Shown here piece after piece: positions 11,156 to 24,227 of a stretch of 64,000 nt of DNA. Position 1 is the stretch's first letter; each line of letters opens with the position of its first letter. Origin of the DNA: Antedon mediterranea. Its lineage: Eukaryota > Animalia > Echinodermata. The stretch lies in contig NC_092679.1 in NCBI RefSeq assembly GCF_964355755.1, positions 4,184,201-4,248,200 of the forward strand, written 5' to 3'. Both the position numbers and the translations under genes were made by a program. The notes below the pieces were generated by a model, which did not search any database, had not been told where the DNA came from, and was given only the letters and a program-made list of their open reading frames with translations.

Positions 11156-13727
11156 TTATTGCATCAATTCTATATATGGATACTGTGTTTTTTATTATAA
11201 CTTTATTGTGTTGGAATTTGGCGGGTGGGAATAAATAGATCTTTGATTTTTGCTTAATCATGCCTGCATGCACCCCGCGAGTGCACCCCCTGCGCGTGCA
11301 CTAGACCAGGGAATAATGGATGGTGGGTACATGTTTTATACATAGTCGTACGTCAAGCTATATTTTTTCTTGGTATTAAAAATGTATGGCAAAGTAAGAA
11401 GGCATCTACGATGGTGTGTTTTTTTTTATTTTGATGCAAATAAAAGATCCTTTTTGTTTGCAACCAGCTACCTATACCATTAGCTCCCCCACTCCACCAC
11501 TGTTCCCCCATACTTCTATTCCTTCCCACTATCTCTTCCACACACCCAACCGCCCCTCCCCCACCCCACCATATCTCCTATACTCCACTTATCTCAACAC
11601 CCCATCAAGTTGTTATATTTTCATTCATTCATTCGTTTTATTATTCCACATAAAATAAATCATTTTAAATCAAGATATCCTTGTTACGGTTTTGTTTATC
11701 GGTGGATACGTTCAAAGCCGAAAGGGGCTTTCGGGCTGAGTTTCCAAAGGACATTATATTTTTGTTTATGGTAAGGTAAAAACAACAAAAATACGCAGGA
11801 TGTTAGAAGTGAAACCAGAAACAACTTTCATTCATTCAGCATAACTATTTTCTATTGTGTTTGACCATAGATCCGGAACTATTCCATATGAAGCATATTT
11901 ATGTGTTCATTCATTACAGTAGTATTTGTTTATACTAGATTTCCGTTTTTACTAATAATTATTTTCTATTGTGTTTGACCATAGATCCGGAACTATTCCA
12001 TATAAGGCAGATTTATGTCTTCATTCATTTGTAATTACAGTAGTATTTGTTTATACTATTACTAGATTTCCGTTTTTACTAATAATTATTTTTACGTTTT
12101 CCCAATCCGTTTAAGGTATATACAATAAAACCGCTATATGAGACCATTGTAGGCCTTATGCGTTTGAATTTTCAACTCCCCGGAAAAAAAAAAACTTTTT
12201 TTATGCATCAAAAATAAAAGGAATTTCGAAAGATGTTTTGCAGTTAAGATGTCCCATGTGTGGGTGCCGAATACTCGTGATGCCGGTCACAAGACGTTAC
12301 TGCAAATGTAAGCTGAAACCGGCAGATATATAAAAAGAAATAATACATTGGCTTGAAATGGGAATCCCCTTCTGAGGAACCGCTCAAGCATGACGTGGAA
12401 TTCATATTGTATAAGCATCCTCATTGTTTCTTCTAAAAATATCGGGCTTTTTTTTATGAATTGAAGTGAAAACCGTGGAGGAATTATTTAGAATAAACTC
12501 ATTATTATATTGTTTACTTCAAAACGCATTACAATGGAAATATTTCAGTCGTGTGTTTGTGTTTGGCATTTTGCTTACGTTTTTGTTTTTAAAACTGATA
12601 GCTATACCCCTCCCCTTGAATAGCCTTCGAATAAGCCCAAGCCCGTTCTCATAAAAAAAAATTAATAAATAAACCAAAATATAAAAGACTTTTGTGTGGT
12701 TTTGAGTTGTGCCTTTGGAAATTCCCCGAGTCGAAATAGGCTTTTGAAAAGCATCACGGTAGCCATTGAATACACAGCAGAGGGAGTTGTAATTAAAACT
12801 CCCTGAATACAGCAGTTATAGTGTGCATGATCATAGAGATATCGGTATGATAATGTCAATTGTTAAACTGTTAAGATTTTGCTTTCTGTTTAGCCAGGGG
12901 TGTATATACACAATTCTAGAATGATGAACATGAATTAATAAGTTTTCTTTCTTTTTCCCCGAATGTATTAGGCCTACTAGGTTTACCAAATACACTAGAA
13001 ACCAAATTTAATGCGCGAATATGCTACGATATGAGGAATTATGATAATATACAAAACAATTATGAATAAATAAACTTGGACTTTGCATCATAACCTGACG
13101 CAAAGGTATGACACTAAACAGGACATTTATAACAACAATGCATTGAAAACGACATTGCATTATTTTAACATGACTAATATTATAACACAAACATAATTAA
13201 TTTTATCAGCAAGGTTAATGTCCGAAAACCATTGTTATACAAATACTGCTGAACAACTGTAAATAATAATTTAAGGATTTGGAAGATACTTTGATGACAG
13301 ATCCGGTGCATTTATCACTTATTTGGTCTAACAAGCTATCACACTGACGTAAGTACCGATTCGTAACGTAGGCCTATATTGACAATAACACGGTTGCTCT
13401 GGGGCTGGAATCGAACCCACCGCTCCCACCAGATTATTACTAGCCTGACCATTGGGCTTCTCATTGATTATGGCTACGTTTGATTCTCTTGTAACAAATC
13501 ATTTAAATTATACTTCGCACCACCGCAATTAAAAATCATATGTAAAATATTCTGTAGCCCTACTGATGATTGAGGAGCCTACGTGGTAGGGATTGGGATT
13601 CCAATGGGATTTGAACCTGCGACCTCCAATATACATACTTCGTGAAATGTGTCTTGTGACAATGCCACTGTACTGTTCCGTAACAACCTCCTATGACAAA
13701 AACAAGGAAACTTGGTTCTTTCCGGTA

Positions 13728-13762
13728 TGACTCAACTTTAGGGGAAATTCCGAAAATGAAAA
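13728..13762 (+). promoter_or_regulatory. Compact AP-1 + NF-kB + IRF-type element upstream of Ig paralog B
   Basis: TGACTCA (13728), GGGAAATTCC (13742) and GAAAATGAAA (13752) within 35 bp, about 100 bp upstream of the ATG at 13863. Confidence 0.5.
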
Positions 13763-13862
13763 TACCTGCGTTTTATATTTAATCACTCCTCGTATTCTTA
13801 TGTTATGGTTACAGTATTTCAACATAATATCCGCTGCAGACTTTAATGGAGTTGGTGCTAAA

Positions 13863-16800
13863 ATGAAACCGTTCTGCAGCTGTACGATTATGTACTTATT
13901 GGTGGTAGTGTTTAATGGCTTTACAGTTAGTGGTATTGAAATAATCAAGTCTTTCTCACAAGATAATTATTGTAATAAGAAATCAGGTAATAAATACACA
14001 ATATTGTTTATAAAATAGACCTACTTTGATGGATTGTAGGCCTATAATAAAACTTTATGTGACAAAAAAATGTGATCTGCCCATATATGGACATGATGAT
14101 GTCATATTGGTTGAAGGTTCTTTGTAAATTCTTTTATTATTGATATATTTGGATATTTCTTAAATAATTTATAATAAATCTATTTTTTACTTGTTTTTTT
14201 TAGTTTTAAACATGTTAAACTTAGGCCTATGTGTTAGAGAAAAGATATTAGTTAAATTGTTTTTTGGAGTTTCTGTGTTATATTATTTATATTTTGTTTT
14301 GAGGAGCCTATTCACCACAAGCTTTGCTTTCTTTTAGGCTCCTCCACTTTATATTTATATATTTGTAAAGTGAAATAAATAAATGAATGAAATGAATTGA
14401 AAATATTTGGGCATATCACAACCATATTTGTGCACATCACATTGTTTTTTGATTTTTTTTTTTTATTGTCACATAACGTTTCATAGTGTAGACAGACTTG
14501 TTGGTGATTGCATTTGAAAATGCCAGCCATCATTTTTTTGGCCTCTAATTATTTATCGCTTAACTTTATATTATTTGTAATTTTAGTGTTTTTTTTCTTA
14601 TATTATTTTGATGTATTTTTCCGTAGAGAGCCGCATGACTGTTATTTTTATATTGATTTACCTTTCGGTCTGTTTTCATGTACGCTTTGTTAATAATAAT
14701 GGCGAAGCCTGATATGATTATGATACTTATAATTATTATTTAAACTACCGTTTTACATTAAAGGTTCGTTTGAAAAATACTCTTTTTTATAGAACATTCA
14801 GCGCTTCAAACAAAATTACCTTGTTTTTGCCCGAAAGAATGGTATGATGGTCAATTTTTAAAATCTCTATGTCCCACGATTGAAACACGAAAAAAAGAAA
14901 TACAGTTAATTAAAGGAGAAAATGTAACTTTTGAATGTCGTGTGTCTAAAAAACTTGGACCGGTATGTATAATGTTACACTACTTTATCAAATATTAATA
15001 GTATAGGCCTATTATACCGATTGAATTAAAATATAGAGGATCGACACCCCTTTATATACTTGGTTCCCACTAGGACGCAACGAAAGTAATTGACCAATCG
15101 TAGGCAATTATATTATATTCGAACTGTCGCTAGAGCTTCGTTCTCACTATAACGCAACGCATGCGCAAGACTCAAACGCAATGCAAGCGTGTTGACCACT
15201 GACAAGCGACAGTTCAAATAATCCATCGCTTGTGATTGGTCAACTCACTTACGTTGCGTCCACGTCCTTGCGTTGCGTTCTAGTGAACCAAGCTTAATGT
15301 CATTGGTCAACTCGCTACGTTCTTGCGTTGCGTCCTACATGCAGTATAGTATAGTGGGAACTTACTTTTCCCATAAAACGAATGATGGCAATATGTGTTT
15401 TCACTAAACGACCAACCCACAGGGGATACCCATATTTAAGCGTGGTTCCCACTAGCGACGCAACGCAAGGACGTAACGCAACGCAAGTGAATTGACCAAT
15501 CACAAGCGATGTCTTATTCGCTTGTGATTGCTAACTGTCTATTCGCTTGTCATTGGTTAAAACGCTTGCGTTGCGTTTACGTCCTTGCGTTACGTTCTAG
15601 TGGGAACCAAGCTTAAGAGGGGAATGTGTCGGGTCCCCGGAAGGGGCTCTGGGTTCTACAAATAGTGATAAATGATTTCCTATTTGATAAAATTACAAAG
15701 ACTATAACGAAACGTATCAAATTTGTGACATTTTATTGTATAATTTTCTATTACAGGACCCCCACTATAAAATTCGTATGTGGTGGTGTAATGGAACGGC
15801 GGGTGAAAAATGTTACACGAATGAACAAGCACCTGACCGGGGCACGCCTACTTATTTTGTCTATTCAGAGAGTGGGTATGAGGCTAAGGAGTGGTTTATA
15901 CGTTTCACCATCACGAACGCCAGCAAAATGGATGAGAATACGTACACGTGCGTGGCAAACACGGAGGATTTTGATTATACAGAAACTCCGGGCTATAACA
16001 GCATTCACGTGTCTGTACATGGTAAGTATTTCTTTATTGTTATAAATAAAATGATTATTTCTTTTCTTAATGAACTCACTTCTGAGGACGATCCAAGCTT
16101 ATTGATCGAAACGTCGAGAAACTCAACAGTTCTTTTCAAAACTAATAAACGTGGTGTACCGCAAACTTTATATCAACACTTAATGCACTTGTTAATAATG
16201 AAAAATTCCCCTCTATTTCAGATGCTGTTAAACCAAATCTTATTTATCAACCACCGCCAAAAGTCAACAAAGTTGATGGTAGACTGGTAGAACTGTACTG
16301 TGCTAGTAGTGGATATCCAGAGACTAATATCCAATGGGTTAAAAATGGAACACCACTAACAAACGGCCTAAATAGCACCAACATTATACAATATGGAAGC
16401 CAATCAGTTTTACAGATTAAATCGATAACTGAGTCGGAGGAAGGAACGTATCAATGTATTGCGTCTAATAAATTAGATTTAATTGAATCACAAGGAACGA
16501 CGGTGACAGTCGGTAAACAACAGCAAAGTAAGTCTCCGTAAATTTAACAATATTGGTATTGGTAGATATTTCGAAATAAATTTGGCGGGAAATTTGGTCA
16601 TGTGGTTCTTATTGTTTTCGTTGTTTTATAGAGTGGAGTTGGTTCATTTGTCTATACATAGCAATAATGTCGTTCAGTGGTGTCGTCACAGCCATAGTGT
16701 TGGTGGTAGTATGCTCAAGTCGGCGAGGTTGGTCTTTTTACGATTTTGATATTAACTTAACGATATTCGTTCACGTCAGTGGAGTGATTAATACCAGCAA

Positions 16801-17063
16801 TTCAATATTGTGTATTATATAACACCTAAATACCTGTCATTTGATTGACGAATGTGGGTCACATGGCGTGCAATAGTACGCACTATTAAACGATCGTTAA
16901 ATAGTACTTTTTCGTGTATTATAATATACGATTGAGAAATCATTTTTTCCGTTTTTCATTTATAGAAAAGGAACAATTTGACTCGGCTGTGACTGTCGAT
17001 GGCCGTAGAGCATGTCATTCGTACTCGCCCATTCCACAAGTGTTACTAATAAACAACGTATAA
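13863..17063 (+). CDS. Two-Ig-domain type I membrane protein, paralog B (short cytoplasmic tail, no TIR or kinase domain)
   Basis: Exons at about 13863-13986 (signal peptide MKPFCSCTIMYLLVVVFNGFTVSG), 14839-14961 (GENVTFECRV), 15757-16021 (RMWWCN..DENTYTCVA), 16222-16527 (LVELYCASSGYPETNIQWVK..EGTYQCIASN), 16632-16727 (TM WFICLYIAIMSFSGVVTAIVLVVVC) and 16966-17063 (tail ..HSYSPIPQVLLINNV*). Confidence 0.85.
15439..15613. mobile_element. MITE family 2 (TIR AGC[GT]TGGTTCCCACTAG, GCAACGCAA-rich). Copies at about 6690-6832, 8690-8855, 10645-10749, 15059-15295, 25907-26069, 38824-38979 and 43224-43420
   Basis: Terminal inverted repeats, shared TTGACCAATCACAAGCGA core and TWA flanks (Harbinger-like). 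Confidence 0.85.
16078..16118 (+). ncRNA. Candidate minimal hammerhead-ribozyme motif of the Penelope-like-element type
   Basis: ctt-CTGAGGA-c-GATC...GATC-GAAACGTC-gag: core boxes, 4-bp stem II, palindromic ACGT stem III and only about 3 bp of stem I. Confidence 0.4.
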
Positions 17064-17829
17064 CAGAAGAAGAAAGTTTTTATTGAAGAACAAAGTTGTA
17101 TTGGGACAACAATAAGGGGCACCCAACCAAATGTCCCCTATAAGTAATAGGGTTGTCCCTAAAATAAGGTTTCGTAGGTTGTAGTGGTAAAACCATATTA
17201 TCCCCTCTTTCATTATGGGGAAAGTGTCCTTTTAAATAGGGTTTCTTCCTGTGTCCCATGTCTACTATTGTAATAGAGATTACTATTGTAATAGAGATTA
17301 CTATTGAAATAGAGAACGCCAAACACCTTGTTTATTTATTCGACCTTTAATAATTTGAGAACGATATTGAAAACAAGATATTTTTTTTTTTAAAGTTTAT
17401 TTTAAGATATGTTATTCACAATTCTAATTCATTCCAGGTGAACTGTACGGGAATATTTTATAATATTAACAATAAAATGGAAATAAATATTATTTATATT
17501 AGTTATTACAAATAATAATTTTATTGTATCGTATTCCTTATGTTTATGGAAATTTATTTTTTGTTATTCCTATCTTTAATTAGTTTAATAAGTAAAAAAT
17601 ATATATAGTTTATGACCGGCCATGTTTACAACAACAAAAAAACAGCTTTAGATGCTACCTTGGAAAACAATAGATCCATGATGCGACAAATCGATATAAT
17701 GAAAAAAATCCCCGAATTTGTTGTTCAAAAGTCATGTAAAAAAACAGACAGCGCCACCATGCACAATAACTTTTTAATGAGCTTGCATGCTAGCCTCCAA
17801 TAAAAGACGTGACGGACGGATAAACAAGA

Positions 17830-20800
17830 ATGGCTTCAGATTCAGGAAAACAGCTTGTCAAAAGTAAGAGTGGATTACGTATGATAAGTATTGAGGAGAA
17901 GGACAATAGTCCCTTTCAACTTTTAGAGCCACCATGGGTACCAGATATGCAGGTGGGTATGCAAGTTGTCAGTGAAGTCTAGCCTAGGCCTAGCCCTAAC
18001 TAGCCTAGGCTAAATAGGCTAGGCCTACGGGTATTCAGGCCTACTACTAGCCTAGGTAGGCTAGGCCTAGCTAGGCTAGGCTAGCCTTAGTAGGTAGGCA
18101 GGAGGCTAGATAGCTAGGCTAGGGCCTAGTTAGGCCTGCCTGGGCCCACCCAACTCCACCAGGCGCCTTAGTAGGCTAGAGTAGTAGTAGATAGCCTAGG
18201 CTAGTAGCTAGGTAGTATAGGTAGCCTAGCCTAGTTAGCTAGCCTAGCGCCAGGCCCCTGCAGGCCTGGCCTAACTAAGCCTAGCTAGGTCTACACAGGG
18301 CCTAGCTAGGCTAGTAGGGCCTGGACCTAGGCTAGGCCCTACGGTTGGTGAGCTGATTAACAATCAAGGCAAGAAAAGGGGAGGGCTAGCCTAGTCCTAT
18401 ACGTTAATCCTATCTATCTAGGCCTATTCATTTTAACGCAGTGGTTAGGAATCCGGCACCGGAACTCAACTGCACATTGTAACAAATCCAGACAGAAACT
18501 TTACACACTGAGAACTAAACCTAAAACTAAAAACATCCCTCTAGGCAATGGTGGGTAAAGACGATGATGGATAAAGACGATGGTCAATAAAATACAATTT
18601 TTTGAATAAGAAAAAAATTCAAAATATATAAAGAATTGAACCTACAAAATCTAGCCGCAGTACCACACCACTAAGCCAGCCAACCAGTCGGAAAAATTGG
18701 TGTGTACATGAGGTTATAAAAATGTGCATGCATGAGCAGAGGGGTGGAGGAGGCAGGGTGTATTTAATGCCTCTACTACAGTATTAACTATTAGTAAGTG
18801 TTAGCTTGTCAATTGTATGACCCACTATACGACCCCCCTGGGAGAGTTGCATAATTTGTCTGATGTGTGTGATACCATGACGCACCTGTCTGTGTATAAA
18901 AAATATGACTTGCCTTTAGGTGATTATGACACACCCATCTTTATGCACTGTGATCATGTTTATGATAAATATAGTGGGTGGTAAAGTAACGGGCACTGAC
19001 ACACCATTCATTGCACATTGTTCATTGATGTTGCGTACCATTTAGGTTTTTTGAGCACCCCTGCATCAATACTGATTTGTAAATGACGCATCCATGACAC
19101 ACCTCGCCCATGGATCGTATACTAGTGGGTCATACAATTGACAAAGTGCATAACTAAGACTACCTGATAATTGCTATTAAATATTTCTTTTTTTTTAGTC
19201 TAAAGAGTGTATTAAGTGCCATTCAAAATTTGACTTAATGAAGAGAAGGGTAAGGATTTCAAACGTTGTCGCATAAAATAATATATGACCACATGGCTCG
19301 AAATTGAAACAAACTCCGCAAATCTAACTTGAAAAATTTAAAAGCTAACTAGCAGACTATCAAACGTATATTTAAAAATAAATTACAACCAGCAAAATAC
19401 TTTGGAAATTTTTCAATATCAATTACAGTGGAGTTGTGGCTTGGTGGTTTATGATGCTTGGCTAACAATCCTGTTTTCAAGTTCTGTCAGTTTCTATTAA
19501 CAATTAACTCCACTCACAAAGACTTGTAATAAGAGCATCTTGTGTTGTTTGTCTTGTGAACATTATTCCCACCTTTTTGATAGTGAATGAATTTGCCTAT
19601 GATTTGCCTAAATACAGTATATATAAAAACATCAAAACAGTATGAAAAATCTACTTGCTATGCTAGCTAGTATATTATGGTGAATTTCAAGCCCTGTCGC
19701 ACAGTAGTAATTTATTCGTTAGCAGAAACAAAACTTTAAATCAGATATGCGTTTTCATTTAGCATCATTGTCGACGATGTGGACTTTGTTTCTGCAATGT
19801 CTGCTGTGCTAGTAAAGTCGGTCTTCCTCGGATGAACTTTGTTGACCCCGTCCGTATGTGTTCTGAATGTTCTGTTGTCACGAAAAAAGAAAATGAATTT
19901 TATGACAAGCATCTGAAGTGTTTGATTACTGGAAGTTTCTTCATGTTATCAGCTGCTGATGCTGACGAAGATAACATTGTGACATATGTCAAGCTCACCG
20001 CTAACCACAGGTGAGTCTCTCGTTTTATCCATGTCCCACCAAATGTCCATTAATTAATATAAAAAAGTAAATAAATAAAAGTGTATGCATGGTATGATCT
20101 CGAGTCAACCAGCAGTGAAGTCAACTGATACTAAGTGTGTGTGTTCAGAAGAAGATGGCTACAAGAACAGTAATAACATTGCTCAGTCTTGTACAATCCT
20201 ATTGGTCCAAGTACAATACTTAAAATATCTGGTCAACAAACATAACCACCTTCTTTTGTGCCTGGTTGTCGTGTCATAGTTTCCACAGTAGGCTCAATCT
20301 CATTGAATAGATCTGTACTTAGTGTGTCACTTTGCAATCACATTTCAAGCCAAATAAACAATAAACAAACATCTAATTCCCCTTTTCATTCCAATAAAAA
20401 AAAATGTTATAATAGTGTTTTGTATAAAACTTAGGGGTGACACAACATTAGGCACTTTATAAATCCAGGATATTATTATAATCTTACTGTACAGTAATAA
20501 TGGTAATAATATTTATTTGGATCAACACTTTTTTAACAGTGGCACACATGCGTAAATGGTGCTTCTATACAAATTACAAAATTTAAACAACACAATTACT
20601 TAAAAAACTATACACAAACAATGGAAATTAAAAACTGAAACTAAAACATTTATCCTATTTGATTGAGAACTAAAATATAAAATTTGACTAAAGGCTTATT
20701 TACAAGACTTTTTAATACAACAACTAATTTTGCAACAGCAACGGAAAAGAAAGCACACATTTTAAAATAAAACAGTTCAAAATTGTTATAGAATTCAGTA

Positions 20801-23800
20801 AATTCATATTGTTCTTATCATAAATGTTTAACAACAATAGTTTTGTTTAATATAGTTTTTCTTCTATAGATTACAAAATTGAAATTTAGCAATGCTTTCC
20901 ATGTAAAGATGATATAGCTGTAAGATAATATAAAATAGTTGTTTGTACTTTGTGATGGTATTGTCAGGTTTCAAAGTATATACTGCCCTCGTCAGCTCCT
21001 CAGACATGTAAACATGTTTATGCAACTTAAAGGGATTAAGTTAATCTCCTTGTAAAGGTCAAGATCTGTTAAATACATTTCTGTCATAATTTACCTAATT
21101 TTTTTGTATAAATTACTGTAAAATGAAGATGATCTTTAAATTTAATTTACAGTGTGATGCTCCTTGCCAGTTAATTTATATCGTATGTTATCACTTTGCG
21201 ATCGTAATTCATACTCGTAAAGCAGTCAATAAATCTAAAAATAGAAAACAGTTACTGACATCAGAATATTTTTTTGAAATTATGAATTTCTAATAACCGT
21301 ATTTATAGGGTACATTGAAAACAAGCTTTTTCCGTTATTTTTCAAGTTACAAATAATAGTGCTAGTACTGTAGATTGAAAAAAATATAATTAATTTAAAA
21401 AATAAATTAATTAATAACAATGAGCAATGTAACTGTATGCAGCACCCACTGTATGCACGAGAATTGAAAAAGCTAGAACCAGTGTAGCCTTCAACAATGA
21501 AGTTTGCTCCTAAAGGGAAGAAGAACAACTCCTTGACGCAAAGCTATTCCACCGTAGTTAAATTACAATTTTAAGCATGGCTTTATTTGTGTACACATCA
21601 TTAATTGTAAATTTACAATCTTTTAATTCATTTATCAGTGGAAAATTATTTCCATTTACTGTATTGTCATTTGCAGATAAAATATACATATAAATTATGT
21701 TGGCTCTGGGAGAGATATACAAAAACAAATAAATAAAAGTCTTCATCTTTTTGTAGAACGATAATGTTCAATGAAGAGAAACCTGATCGAGAGTCAACAA
21801 AGACGAGCAGGTGGGTTTACGACCCAGTAGACATGATCAACATACAAAATCTGAACATTGAAACAACAGGTGATACTTCACATGGTGAGATATGGCATTG
21901 TCTTATATAATTTTTTTCATTAATAAATGATGGATACTGAAAAAATATGCGATATACTGTATATAGTATTTTGGCTGATTGTTTTAATAGCATGATGTAA
22001 TGATGATAACAATATGTAAATCTTAAGCCCTGTCTACAGTATCAAACTTTATGTGACAAAAAAATGTAATGTGCCTATATATGGACATGGTGATATCGTA
22101 TTTGGGCATACCCCTTTTTTTTTGTCACACTAGTTTGGTTGTGTATACAAGGCTTAATATTGTTCTCCTAATGCTAAGCTTCTAAGCGCTTCACATTATT
22201 GCCCCAGTCATTTTTGGATAAAACACGTATGGACAGCTGCTTCCATAATGTTGCAACTTCATATAGTAATTAGTGCAATTGTGTTTGACTCTACCTAGTA
22301 CCCATTTACTCCTGGGTGGGGAGAGGCAAGCGTAAATAAAAAGTCTTGCCTAAGGAGGCACAAACAATTTGACAATCATTGGTCTCGAACTCTTGATTCT
22401 TTAATTAAAAATACAACGCCTAACACAATGCCCTTACTAATATATTTTAAAAGTGAACTGTCAGTGTCAATTGTTTATTATTAAACTCTGCTTTCATTAT
22501 TGGCTGCATCTTGGTTACTGTATATATATCTTGGTAAGTTTTTTCAAACAATATATTTATGTGTATTTGTAATTTAATTTTATTTATTTATTCGACTTCT
22601 CACTAACTCAGTTAGTGAAGGATCTGGACCAACAGGTGGTAAACACCTCTAAAACGGTCCAGTCCCAATTTGCACAGTGGCTGTGTGTGACAGTGGCTGT
22701 GTTTGTGTTGACTAGTACACCGGGGTAACCCCCTACTCGTCTCGAAAGATGTACTAGGTTCTTTAAAGTGCGCATGAGCTATGTGTACACTGGACCTACG
22801 GTTTATAGTCCTTATCCGAGAAGACTCGTTCTACCACCAGAACCATGGAGCGAGTGAGCCTCGAACCCTTGCCGATGTTATGGCTACGTAATTACGGTTC
22901 CACTGTAGTGTCTTAACCGCTCGGCCACTCACTCGCTAAATGTAATTCGCATTTTGTTTGCACACAGTGCTATTGATTGTGAATGCATATTAATTGTAAA
23001 TAATGTATGAATGTTTATTTGTAAATATTGTTTGTTTGTTTTTGTAAGGTGTGTTTCCACAGTAACAGGACATTGTTAGTACTGTACATCCCTGCACTTA
23101 AGCCTAGAAAAGAAAACAGTTCCCTATTATAGCCCATTTAAAATTTACCATGGTAATAACTTATGCATTCTAGTATAATGTATCCAGGACATTGTTAGTA
23201 CATCGCTACACCTAAGAAGAAAAAAAACAGTTCCCTATTATAGCCCATTTAAAATTTACCATGGTAATAACTTATGCATTCTAGTATAATGTATCCAGGA
23301 CATTGTTAGTACATCGCTAAACTTAAACCTACACCTAAGAAGAAAAAAAAACAGTTCCCTATTATAGCCCATTTAAAATTTACCATTCTAGTAAAATGTA
23401 CCCAGGAATATAAAATATGATTTTGCTACAACAAAATACAATTATTACAAGTACTCTTAAGGATCATATTCAAGTGTCTTTTAGGCATCAGGCCAACCCT
23501 CAAACATCATGGTGTACAGTAGGTGAATAGTATCATAGTACAATAACATTAAGGCCCCAGAGAGAACTATTTATACAGGAAAGTCAATTCAACTATCACA
23601 AAAACAGAGACCTGAAAAGCAGCCCATTCCAAGCCTGTACACTTTATGCTAGGTTTTTGTACTAATCACTGTATATAAATACATAATTGTCAGTTTATTA
23701 TTAAAATATTAATATTCCTCACAGGTTTCATGCCAAAAGCAGCCGTCTTGAAATATAAATACCTAGACAACAGCAAAGAAGTCATTTTGAAAGTGCCTGA

Positions 23801-24227
23801 TGATAATAGCAAAAAGCAATCTATGGCGTGGATTGTAGCATTGCAAAAGGTAATGACTCTAAATATATTTAATTGTATATATGGTAGACATAGAAAATGG
23901 GCTACATTATTTTATTTGAAGCCAACGATACACAGTTAAATGTATCTGCTATGTAAAGGGGGGACAAAATTATTAGTCCGATGTTTTCACCAAGTATTGC
24001 ATAAATGTACAAATGTCTTATAAATTGGGTAAATTCAAAATTGATAAACTATATTGTACCTACTGTATATATTTATCGTTGTACCTATATATATTTCGAC
24101 GCATGACTTGATTTTATAAATCATTTTATTCTTTTGGAGTGAGTTCCACAATTGTTTTTATTCTTTCACATTTTATTCTTATTTTTTTCAGGCTGTGAAA
24201 ATGTTAATGTCATCCAAAGAAACTTAG
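17830..24227 (+). CDS. ZFYVE21: Zinc finger FYVE domain-containing protein 21
   Basis: Exons 17830-17952 (KQLVKSKSGLRM..SPFQLLEPPWVPD), 19199-19249, 19763-20030 (HHCRRCGLCFC..RMNFVDPVRMCSEC..EFYDKHLK), 21758-21869, 23725-23849 (AWIVALQK) and 24192-24227. Confidence 0.93.
18806..19144. mobile_element. MITE with TIR TTGTCAATTGTATGACCCACTA
   Basis: Inverted termini ttgtcaattgtatgacccacta / tagtgggtcatacaattgacaa. Confidence 0.7.
22690..22937 (-). mobile_element. tRNA-derived SINE, same family as 45263-45580; degenerate copies at about 48870-49050, 50778-50930 and 62700-62910
   Basis: Reverse complement shows A box TGGCCGAGCGG, B box GGTTCGAGGC and the shared body CCATGGTTCTGGTGGTAGAACGAG. Confidence 0.85.
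23065..23407. repeat. Local triplication of a ~110-130 bp intronic segment
   Basis: caggacattgttagtac...aacagttccctattatagcccatttaaaatttacc appears three times. Confidence 0.8.

Noticed and set aside
13395-13630. tRNA-like B-box sequences (also at about 22380 and 33340-33450)
   Set aside because: No complete cloverleaf; degenerate SINE heads rather than tRNA genes
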